In this document: positions 1-11,400 of the stretch, in pieces
Layout of the letters: each line of letters begins with the position of its first letter
How positions within the stretch are numbered: position 1 is the stretch's first letter
DNA from: Phoronis australis
Taxonomy: Eukaryota > Animalia > Phoronida
DNA: 64,000 nt
NCBI GenBank assembly: GCA_002633005.1
Contig: NMRA01000003.1
Coordinates: forward strand, 1,091,452 to 1,155,451
Reading direction: 5' to 3'
Notes under the pieces: generated by a model
Told to the model about the DNA's origin: nothing
The model's database searches: none
Seen by the model: the letters and a program-made list of their open reading frames with translations, nothing else
Translations under genes and position numbers: made by a program

Positions 1-765
1 TGAGGCACCTTTAATGTCTTTGAAAGACTTGTTCCATAATTTGCATTTTAGGCAAAGAGCACAAAGGAAATGTCTCTTCAGCAGGACTGTTTAAAGTGGC
101 TACAAACTTGCATTCCAGCACAGAAATCAACTTTCGTTTTAGATTGTTTTACCATAATGAAACTGCCTATAAACTCACCTTCCATCATAAAAATCTAAAT
201 TTTCACAGAAGCAAATTTTAATTTAGACCATTTAGTGTTACGAAATTGATCTCAAATTGTTCTCAGGTCAAACTTGAAGTGATTTCAGGGCCTCAAATGA
301 ACTTACGTCACACATTGACCTGAAATTTGTGAGCTTTGTCGGAAGAAATCTAGAACTGTTAGTGCTTCCTGAGCCCAGCGATCACTTCTAAATTGAGAAA
401 GGAAGAACATAAGACCACTTGTTTTCGACAGATAGCATGGGTTTAATTTTGCTTTCAGATCACAATCACTGCACGAAAAACTGATGAAGAAATTAACAAA
501 GCATTTTGAGCATGTGTTCAATTTGTTATTTGTGACTGGTCTGTCACTTCATGCTCTTATTTTGTGTGGGCCTCTGGGTGCTGCAGGGCAGTAACTGGTC
601 GCTTACATTGCAAAGTGGGAAGGCTGGCCCTTCCTAAGTTCCACAGTAGGCAACAGTTTACAATGTAACTATCAATACACTGCATAATCCTTTCTATTGC
701 CAAAGCAGGCTACTTCCCTACATCAGTTGATCGCAAACACGCATAGCCATTGAGTGATTACTTAC

Positions 766-2128
766 CCTGTGTCACTTTGAGCCACCTTATCACAGATGTC
801 CATAATCAAAGCCCAGTCTTCTGCTGTGTTCTTTTCACTAGTTGCCTTTTCTGCAAGTAGACCATGGTCTGATTATTTGCCGAGTACACAACCTTAGCAA
901 TACTCACTAACAGGGGTCCCGGATTTTGAGAACCAGTTTGATGTCTGTTATTCAATGGAGAAAGCTGGTCTCAAAATGCGGGACCTTTTAAGTGACCATG
1001 ACCAACATTCACCATATGGGTGAAACATTCAGCCAACACCTTTAATTTCATGAAAGAGGTTACAACATTATTCGTGGAAACTTGTGATAATAAGAAGTGT
1101 AACGTTAGTAGCGAGATAGCCTCAGATAATTCCTTGATATGAATAATTTAGATACTAACCTTAATAACGTGAAATGGCATCTTATATATTTAGCACCACA
1201 GGCTCAAGTTTGGACAAGTTTGTCAAACAGGGCAGTCGATGTTTTAATACTCAATTGCCAGCTTGAATTACCTTGTCCTTTGAGTCCCCTTCAACGTTGT
1301 GTATGCCAAGATTACCAACACTCAATAAAGTTCTTGTTTTCTTGCCTTAGCAGCTAAGGTTCATTATGTTTATAACTCAGTATAGGGTATAGTGATGTTG
1401 CTTGGTATATTTGACTGTTGACCTACCAGACTTAAGGCAAGTTATTTCTGAGCTGACAATTTGAGTATTTCTTTTTTTAACGTCATCATAATTTAACTGG
1501 CTGCAGATAAACACCAGTCAGGACTGGTCAGTGAGACGAGATGTATGACAAATGCAGGGCACAAGAGTAGAAGCCATGCACATACTCGGTGGCACTAAGT
1601 AATCACAAAAAAGAATAGAGCATAAAAGTTTACAGTTTATTTCAATTGCTCATATAAAGATATTCTCTATAGTGCGACATGCGATCGTAAGACTAATAGA
1701 AAAATCGTGATTTCAGAATCCACGGTTAGTCTACGTCTATGAATATGATGAAGACAGTTCAACTGAAAACCTAAATCATAACATTGCAATATTTCATTAC
1801 ATTTACATTAAAATTGCAATATAAAAATCATAAGCGGAATTAAAATCTCTTCAAGTGACAAAACGGTGTTCCCAGTGCCTATAATTAGTATCAGCGTAAG
1901 TCCCGTACAGTTGCTGATTCATCAAAGAGCTGTAAGTAAACTGAGTAACACACACTTCAGAAAACAACAATGACTATGGTAGCAAGACGCATTAATATAC
2001 TGAAATTACCTACACTCTTTGAAATCAAAATAATCTGTAAATTAGGCATAAAAATACTATAAGCTATATAGTTTACACCTACCGACACTTGTGTCAAAAG
2101 GCGACGAGCTACTACCAAAAAACGACAT
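766..2128 (-). CDS. STAM: Signal transducing adaptor molecule (STAM, ESCRT-0; VHS domain N-terminus), exons 1-2; gene continues left of the window
   Basis: Exon1 2128-2083 ([15 protein letters not shown], donor GTAGGT) and exon2 850-766 (acceptor CAG, donor GTAAGT) join in phase 1 to give ...[35 protein letters not shown]. This matches the STAM VHS start PFDxDVEKATSExNTxEDWxLIxDICDKV. Confidence 0.9.
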
Positions 2129-2187
2129 GATTACACAAGAAAAACTACAGACACCTTCCTTAACTTCTTGGTCTAAAATAAGTTTAA

Positions 2188-2197
2188 CGCATGCGCA
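2188..2197. promoter_or_regulatory. NRF1-like motif upstream of the STAM start codon
   Basis: CGCATGCGCA about 60 bp upstream of the STAM ATG; motif match only. Confidence 0.3.
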
Positions 2198-3301
2198 AGT
2201 GTCACAAGGAAGTGAATCATCTCCAATAGATGACACTAGTATAGCTGATGAACGAAACCCGGCAGGAGTTCCAGGGAACCTACAGCCGCAGACGGTTTCA
2301 ATTCTATTCTGGCTCGCAATTAACTTAGCAATGAAGACTGACCCTCTCAAAAACTTGGACACAGCAGCTGGGAGGCCGGGGTGCAAATCCGCCAGAATTT
2401 ATTAGCGGTTGGCTCAGCATTTTCCATTCATTTGAAAAAATATAGTGCGAAAAACAAATTTGTCTGATTTACCAGAAAATTGTCGGAATTCGACTGTGAG
2501 TTTGAAAATCTGATTGGGAAGTAAGGAAAACCGTTTGCTTCATAACATTATCCGTTCAAGGTTATGTAGGATCTTAGTCTGCACATTTGAACAAATATAT
2601 CAGAGTCTACAAAAGTGTAGAATAACTCAGCAAAAGTAGTATTATTTGATTGTTGACTTTATACCAATCTGCCATTAATAAATTTGATCGTGTTTATTAG
2701 TAAAAAATAGCAAATAGGAATTTAAGTCCTATTTTTGATAGTCATTCATGCAAAAGTTGAACATCTTAAAAATAACTCCTTACACTGTATTGGAGAAGCA
2801 TGCTTAAAGCATTACTATCTTAAAGTTTTATGTGAAACGATTCAGCAACTTCTACGAAATGATGTTCCGAAGCTAGCCAAAATTGAACATTTTTCTAGGG
2901 TCCTAGATAATCTTATCTTTTGGTGTGTGAATTAGTGTTCGAAGACACAGATATAGGCATAGACAATCTGGTCCAAATATTTGTACACTTATTCATTTAA
3001 CTAAACGTAATAAGTTTTCAAATAATATAGAAATAAATAATTTGTCCGTGTTATCACAAGGGTGTAAGTTTTTCCTTGTGGGTCATTAACTGAAATTCGA
3101 GCCGCATACAATTTCCAGATGAGAGAACAATTCCGAACTAAAATATTGACTGTGATGAATAATTCAGTTACCTGTTGTCCTTGCCAATAAAACGAGCTCA
3201 GCCTGACGATCCCTCATAGACATAGCATTAGCAGTCATAGAAACTTTGACAAACAATGCAAAACATTATCGCCGTTTTAAGGCCGAAAGATACGTTTTAT
3301 T

Positions 3302-3462
3302 GTGGGTGGGATAGACTTAGAGGGGGGCCAAGGGGGGCCATGCCCCCAAAATTCTCCCAGATTCCATTTGGCAGTACGCGGGTGCGAATGTCTGACGGGC
3401 AAAATCCTGGCTAATACTCTGCCTTGGCCCCCCCCAAACTCAAAATCCGGGATCCGCCCCTG
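3302..3462. mobile_element. Short GC-rich MITE-like interspersed repeat (CAGTGGCGGAT...ATCCGCCACTG-type ends)
   Basis: Shares GGGTGCGAATGTCT..ACGGGCAAAATCCTGGCTAATACTCTGCC with 5970-6140. Related copies at 4557-4660, 24161-24460, 28290-28548, 31580-31740, 35830-36060, 59930-60093 and 63864-64000. Confidence 0.7.
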
Positions 3463-4585
3463 CAGAGATATAACACCACAAAACTCATTCTACTTTTTGA
3501 CATTTTATTACAAATCGCCAATTCTCGCCACATTTCTCATGAAACAAATAACGAAACTATCGAATCATTGCCTTAGTCTGACAAGTGGTGGTAGGTCATT
3601 CCCATGACCACCTGACAGGGTTGTGAGATATTTTTTTCTCACGAGATTCCGGGTCCCTCTCGGGGGTGGGGGCGACGCGGAAGGATATCTTTTCTATTGG
3701 CAAATCTCTACAGAATGGAAATAGGCATTTTGATTTTCGGGCGGCGCACCTCACCACTTTAATACTCGAGTCAGGGGAGATATTGGCCCAAAATCGGTTT
3801 CAACAAGAAAAAACGTCCTCCTGAGAGAAACGAAGTGAGGAGCAAAAAAGTCCGCTGGGTTCAAAGCGCCCGTAAGGGAAAGAATAAACGGCTCGACTTG
3901 AGGAGAAGGATGCTCTTGGGACAAAGGATGAGGATCCAATAAGCACAGGGCGCGCACTTTTCTAAGTTTTCCCCTGGGTCGAAATTCGGACAGGAGTAAA
4001 CAAGAGTAACGGTCCCGTGTAACAGAAATGAAATTCTATCAGCGTTAGGGATATTGAGAAGACCAATTTTATTAGAGTAAAAGACCGCGAATTAGGTGTT
4101 CGTTTTTCAGCTGCAGTTTTAATAAAGCATTTTTAATAAAGCATTTGTTTCTTCCGAAGTCCGATATCGGCGACTTCCGACTTCATTCCTTGTTCTGCGC
4201 AATGTGAGAATATTGCTACATTTGTGCATTTTAAAGATTCTAATACAATACCGTAGTTCGAACCCAAGATCGTTAGAAGGTCCTCACCGGTGCGCTGCTA
4301 GTTGCATGAAACAGTCCCAATGTGGACTCAGCTATATTCCATAAATTTCCTGCCATAATGACGTTTTAGTAGACTTTTTGCAAGATTACTGATGCTATCT
4401 TATGTTCAGTGCAACGTCAAGTTTTAGCTTTGATGCGCAGGCAGTCTTCTAACTCCACGCTGAATTTAAATACGATTCAAAACAAACAGCAACAATGACG
4501 GGTTCCTGATTTAAAAGGATACCAAACTCGGTTTCGGCCTATAAAGCGCATATTACAGTGGCGGATCTAGGATACCATAAGGGGG

Positions 4586-4620
4586 NNNNNNNNNNNNNNN
4601 NNNNNNNNNNNNNNNNNNNN
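4586..4620. other. Assembly gap (N run) inside a poly-G tract of a MITE copy
   Basis: 35 N flanked by G runs. Confidence 0.95.
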
Positions 4621-5282
4621 GGGGGGGGGGGGGGGGAGGGCTGCCCCCCTAAATCCGCCTATACATTAAAAACGACTTTCGGCACCCAGGCAATTCCCTC
4701 TAGTGAAGCAAAATTATGCTCTGTAACCCTCGACAACCCTCAAAAGTTTGGGGAAAATTTTGAAAACTTCTTTCGATGTCTGCTAAACGGGCAAGTGTGA
4801 CCTCACGCTTTCAACAAACTATAACTATAAGGCAGCACTGGAGAAAGACCACCCATAACAAAACCACCCAATCCCCCTGTGACATACACGAGGAAGTATG
4901 ATCGAGTTTTTAGTTGCTTCCTGTTTTTATCTTTCAAGACTGACCCCAATGATGCATTAGCAGGTTACAGAACGAGGATTGGTAGAGCTAGTAAAAGGAG
5001 GGTTTAATATCTTGTTAAGGACTTATTCATACTCTAATATATTAATAGAAAACTTTGACAAGTAAAATAGGAGCTCGCAATAAAGATAAATTGGCGGAAA
5101 AATATAAAGAAAACGAACAAATTGGTAGAAAATAGAGGAACCATAGTTGAGTCACTGCTTGGACCATAGACATGTCTATGATCCCAATTGTGCTAGGCTT
5201 TATTTTTAGATGTCTATGATTGGGATTATATCTGTGGTTTCATGCCACTGCGGGACACTGACCGCTACCTATAAGCAACATA

Positions 5283-5300
5283 CAGCGACATCTACTGGCA
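5283..5300 (-). promoter_or_regulatory. CTCF-like motif about 120 bp upstream of the PLA2G12 ATG
   Basis: Minus strand reads TGCCAGTAGATGTCGCTG, close to the CTCF core consensus; motif match only. Confidence 0.35.
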
Positions 5301-5422
5301 TCTAAAGTTTTGACCAATGGTGTTGTGGTACGTTGCCCAAACCGAACAATACCTGAACAAACGAACTAGGACAAACGCGTCCGGGAGAAACAGTGCGGAG
5401 AAACAGCTGGCGGACATTAAAG

Positions 5423-8400
5423 ATGGAAGGCGCTTCCGTCGCGTTATTCGTTCTGCTCCTCGCAGTTTTTGAAACGGGGAGATGTGATTTTTATGACGAT
5501 CTTCGTGAAGCGCAAGATGAAATTAAGCAACAAGGTTCCACGTGTAATTCCCAAAAAGGTACGAAATAACCATTGATGGTTTGCTCCGAGTTTGAACCTG
5601 CTTATCGAGAGTTAGTGAGTGTAACTGTAAGAGTGTAAGAATGTAAGATGTATAGTGACAGTGGACAGAGCTGGACTGTACTGAGAGGGTACTGATGAGC
5701 CATGAATTTCATTCGAACAATCTCGAGACTGGACTTTTTAAGATTCGAGGAGGGTAGGCCTACTCCCATAGTAGGCAATATTACTCTCAATAGTTGATAG
5801 TTCTAGAGATAGCTTGTCTTGTGCGAGGCTAGGCAACACGTAGTCGTAGCCCTCTGGCTCTGTTACGGCATCCAGGTGTGCCGCTCACGAAAGTGACTTT
5901 AAACAATGGCATGCCATACTCTTCCTACAAAAGGATGCATTTTCTAAGTAGATTCTGAATGAAAGAGTGCAGTGGCGGATTTAGAGGGGGCCAAGGGGGT
6001 TATGCCCCCTCCCCCCTAAAATGATCCCATATTCCTTTTGGAAGTTTGGGGGTGCGAATGTCTTAATTACGGGCAAAATCCTGGCTAATACTCTGCCCTG
6101 GCCCTCCCCCCCTAACTCAAAAATCCTGGATCTGCTCCTGGAGTGCTTTTCCAAAAAAACTTCCGATTCATTTTGGGAATTTGAAGCTCCTCAAAAGCCG
6201 GTTTCATTTTAACTGTACCAAGTACAGAAGGATTTCTCAATTACTATGTATATAATTAAATAGATGTCCTTCTGTAATTACTTAATTGACTAGTGCCTAA
6301 TTGCCTTTAGACAAAGTGGCATCTCTCCTTGTACTATTTCAAGCTTATTTGAGGTTGAAAATTCAGCGTGACAATCTCTAGCTGTGAAAGAGTTAAGGAT
6401 AATGGAAGAAACCCCTAAAAAAGGGTGTTCTTGGTACAATTAACCCCAACAAAACGGGTAAAAGTCGAGTGAACAGGTGAACAGTTCCCTCTTCAAAATG
6501 GCTCCCGGCAACCAATTTTCACTGAATAACGGACATTTTGCCATTACTCAGTGAAAACTAGTTCCCAGTAGCCATTTTCAAGAGGAATCTGTTCACTAAT
6601 TTAGCTACGACCCCCCTCTATCAAAAATTTAGTTGATTTTGCTCCCCCGGATCTGGACGAACTTTGATGGAACAGTGTATTGGGCATATGAAAAAATAAG
6701 TTGGCTATAGGGTTGCAGGTTATTTTCGACACATTTTGGTGCCTTTAATTGCTTGTGGTTTTTATATTAGATTTTAGTGCTGAACATAACAAAACTATGA
6801 ATTTTAATTCATAGATTATAATTTTGTACAATTGCTCATCTGCCACTGACTGTGTCATGTGACCATTATGAGTAATTTTGTGAAAATTTCAAGGTTCGTC
6901 AAGAAGAGCTCTCATAAAGGGTACATATATACGTTATATACAAGAATAATTATTTCTTTATTTTTTACTAATAATCCTATTTACCAATTTTTCAGATGCT
7001 CAAGATCTGGCTAGTTTAGGAAAAGAGTTAGAAGATTCTATCAGCGACTTACAAGGGGTCCTAGGCAAGGCTGGTGACTTATTTAGTGGCAACAAGCAAT
7101 GTGTATTCCAGTGTCCAGAAGGTAAACTGAAGCTCAGTGTAGTTGGTTTCATAAAAAGTAAAAATTTAGTTGAGTCCCTGCCAGGGGAAAATATTCATTC
7201 TGAATGGGCCTGACTGTTGAACCGTAATAAAGAGGTGACGGGGATCTCTTCCAGATAATGGGTTGGGTTGACACTATTCATTCAAAGTCCAGGCCACTGT
7301 AATGCCTGGGCAATAAGTTGCTGTTTCTTTAGTACCGTCCACACACAGCCTGCCCTAGAATAACTTGGACTAGTGCAACTTACTCCACTTTAGAGTGGAG
7401 CACATTCACACATCGATTACAAGTGGCGCAAGTTATCCTAGAACAAGTTACCCCACCTTGATGTTTTGGAGTAAGTTGTCGTAAGTTGGGTGAGTCGCGC
7501 TAGTTTAAATAGTGTCCAGACAGCATTTAAACCTATCGATAACTCGTTAGCCGGTTTCGTCCCAGGATGGAATATGCATTCTCCTTATTTGGAAATAGGA
7601 CATCTTGACCTGTGAATGGCAATATGGCGATTTCATTCACAAAAGATAGCACGATGTACATATATGTCATCAGTGGGTGGGAAATTTGAAAGGTTGTGGT
7701 AACCACAATTATAATCTTATTTTGAGCATATTTTCATAAACTGTGAACTTGGCAATTTTTTTCTGGAAATTCTCGCCCAGGTACACATATTTACACATTA
7801 TGAAAGGTAGTTTTTGCAAGAACTGATTAACTTAAAGGATGTCTCCAACCTAATTCACAAAAATTGGCTATTTTTACTATATTTCACGTGTCGAGAAAAA
7901 TGTTTTTCTCGGGGAACTTCAAATGTGAAATATATACCGTGGAACGAGAAAAAAGATTTAGTAGAACCACCTTGGAATTGCTCAACCGCGTGGAAATTTG
8001 TTTACTACTTATCCGACATCAAAGGTTACGGGATTGTCACTCAAATCTGATCTCCCACCAGGCCCAGAGCAGCTGAGTATGTAGTACTCTCAGTCTTTTC
8101 ATTTACTGAGTCATCGTAATATTGAGTTAACGAGGTTATAGTGGGAAGATGCCGGGGAAAACGAAAACAAAATGTAGCTTTGATCCTGAAGGAGTTGTCC
8201 GTCTACATGCATATGACTGTTGAGAACAAATGCTCGAAGTCGCTGTACGCCTCTGTGATTTTGTGCTCACGAACATAGCAAGTTGTGAAAAGAAATAAAT
8301 CCTCATCTAAATTCATTAATTTGACATTTCACTGTTTCAAGCCCATGCTCGCGACTCTTTATCCGTCGACTCGATTTCTGTTGTCCATTTGTATTTGGTT

Positions 8401-11400
8401 GTATATCAGTCTCCCGGCACGTGGTGTGTATAACAGTGAACTGTTAACCTACTTTTAAGTAGGTCAACATTTGATCATGTGAGTGTCTGTCAGACTGGAG
8501 GGAGTCACAAAATTAAAATGTTTTAACGGCGATTAAGTTAATTACGCTCTGCAATTCAGTTGACATTGTTGAAATAGTGACATGGTTAAGGCATGCATAA
8601 GTTATGTTAACTGAAAACAAATTTTTCATTAAAGAAGTAACCAAAGACTTTGAGAATGGCTTGAGATTTTCACGTCTCACAATTTAATTGGCTTTTTCTC
8701 GGTTTCGGCAAATCGACTTAATTTGAAAGAGTTCTTGAAAACAGCTTGGTGGTTTCACTGAAACTTTCTTAACTTAGTATTTATTCATAATCTCGAAAAT
8801 GCTATTTATAGTATTTTTGATATAAAGGCCTAGTTTTTGCATAATGTATCTTTGATGAACACAAGTGCTATTTTTCACAAAAATACCTTACATTTTGCAA
8901 GTTGATTTATCATAGAATCCAAACTAAAAGATGAATGGGAAATTCCTAACAGCATTTTGAGTTAACCTTAGTATAAGTTTTGTTACCAGTGAGTGACATC
9001 GCGGTGATCGAGGACGAGGAACAGATATACTCATGTACTACCTGAGCCTCCTTGAATCCAGTTTTCTGATTGTTTTGGAAATTCCGTCATCAATTCACCA
9101 CTCACAAGGACATTTAATGGGATCAGGGGAAGATAAGGCTTTGTAGGTTTTATGTGATATCAGTCTGAAAGAGATGTACACAGATTTTATTTGGATTTGA
9201 GACAGTTGAAGTTGGGAGTTTAGGCGCAGCAAAGTTTCAAGTGTCCAACCTGTGAGGTGACCAATTTAGGTTGTGGAATAATTCAGAAGCGGAGTGACAT
9301 AAGGAAAAAACAGTGTGCTCCCTGCCGCTTGACACCTCCTTGGCACCCTGCTCGCTCGACAAAGGCTGTTGGTTGCTGTGTGACCCCCTCCCTGACCCCC
9401 ACTTGCCACGCCACCGAGTCAAGTTCATATTTTACCAACCAGGACACAAAGACCGCAGTCTGACCACCCCTCAAGCTGTAATGGTCTATTCCGTGACGCA
9501 AGGGATCAACGGGAATGATCAAAGGTCAACTTTAGCAACCCCCCCCCACAAAGTGTGGGGCTTGTCATGGTGTAAACGGTCTTGCGAATACAGTCATTCA
9601 CGAGGGCACGTAGATGGGCAGTCGTTTTATGACACTTAGCCGCACAACACAAAACACCCGGTAAAGCCTCCAGCGTCATGACCAAATAACTAAAAAACGG
9701 TCGGTTACCGAATAAAACTAAAAGGTAATCGCGATTGCACTTAACGAAACGAAGTCGGAGCGAATTCTCTGTTTTTCAGATGATCGTGGGACAAAAATAG
9801 CTCTTGCGTTTATAGTATATATGGATGTAAAATAATAATAATAGTAGTAGTATTTTATAATATAATATAAGAATAATGAGTCTTCGGGAAATTCGTCCGC
9901 ATGTGCCTAAATTTAGCTTTGTGGTCACTCCCGCGCAATTTAAGCGTGATTTCCTGTTGTATAGGCCTACATCCGTCTGTTCGTCCTATCATCGCTGGTA
10001 GTTGGGCTGCAAAATTGTGCATTTTTGTCGGGTTTTTACGAACTTGTTTTGGAAAATTTAAAAGGACAATGGATTCCGGTGATACCGGAGAGTTAGAAAG
10101 CGACAGTGGTGATTCTTTTGATGGCTTTAATGCAGAAGAAATCACGAAATCGCAGGAGAGACTGGACGCACTCATGGGCGATAATGCCGAGTCGGACGTA
10201 GATGTTGCCGATGTTTCTGATCCCGATTCAAGCGACATGAGCGACGACGATTTCGCGGTCGCTGACCTCACTGCTGAATGGAGTCCCAGCTTGCATGAGG
10301 TTAATTTGCCAGCTTTTGCTGAAGAAGTTGGTGTTAGGCACAACTTGCCAACAGATGCCAGGCCTATTGATTTTTTTTCCTGTTTTCTTCCTGAGTACTT
10401 TTTTGAACTTGTTGCAACTGAGACCAACCGATATGCAGACCAAAAAATTCAAAATTCCCCTGATCTAAAATGGCTGCCCACTACAACCCAAGAAGTGAAG
10501 GCCTTCTTTTGCATCTGTATCATGATGGGCATAAAACAGTTGCCTAGAGTTAGCATGTACTGGAGCACTGATGAAAGATTCAATGATCGTTACATATCAT
10601 CTATCATGAGCAGAGCAAGGTTTTTGAAACTGAATCAGTATTTACACCTCAATGACTCTACATTTCAGCCTGCACGTACTGACGAGAACTACGACCCTCT
10701 GTACAAAGTTCGCCCCATGATTGATATCCTTTCTCCCTCACTTTTGGCTAACTACAAACCTGGAAAAAACCTTTCAGTGAATGAAGGAATGATTGGTTAT
10801 AAAGGTCGCATCCACTTAAGGCAGTCTATGCCTGCAAAGACCTCGAAGCGGGGACTAAAAGTCTGGCAAATCTGCGAATCCGACAGTGGTTATTGCTCAG
10901 GGTTCATTGTGTATACTGGCAAAAAAGCTGGAGGAAGGCAGCATGGTTTGGGCTGTGATGTTGTGTGGGACCTTGCCCAACCGTTTATAAACCAAAATCG
11001 CCACATTTATTTTGATAGTTTTTTTACGTCAGTTCCACTGGTGGAACGTTTGCGTCTCGTCAACACATTTTCCTGTGGGACTATTGTTGCAAATCGAAAA
11101 GGCTTGCCGGATGGTATAAAAACGACTAAGCTAAAAAAGCAGGGAGATATTATTCAATTTCAGAAGGGTTCCTCCATGATCGCGACCTCTTGCAGAGACA
11201 AACGGCATATGACTTTCTTATCTACATGCTCTAACCCTGGCGTCAATGATGATGGCAAACCTTATGTCATTGTAGATTACTATAAGCACACGGGTGGTGT
11301 CAATCATTTTGATCAATTGATGTCGTATTATCCTGTTGGACGGTCAGGAAAAAGGTGGTGGAGATATATTTTATTTTATCTCACAAATATGGCAATAGTG

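Noticed and set aside
2245-2260. CTGATGA-AC-GAAAC resembling a hammerhead ribozyme core
   Set aside because: Only 2 nt lie between the boxes, so stem II cannot form, and stems I and III are not evident.
5692-5735. CTGATGAG...CGAAC possible degenerate hammerhead (similar at 21271-21295)
   Set aside because: Lacks the GAAA box and the closing stems.
7330-8450. Possible decayed Harbinger/Myb-like element upstream of the piggyBac ORF
   Set aside because: There are hints only; I could not define a TIR pair or a convincing protein motif.
8961-8975. GTTAACCTTAGT as the left piggyBac terminus
   Set aside because: Only a weak gapped match to the putative right end; not enough to call element boundaries.
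9855-10427. 190-aa minus-strand ORF
   Set aside because: Antisense shadow of the acidic N-terminus of the piggyBac ORF.
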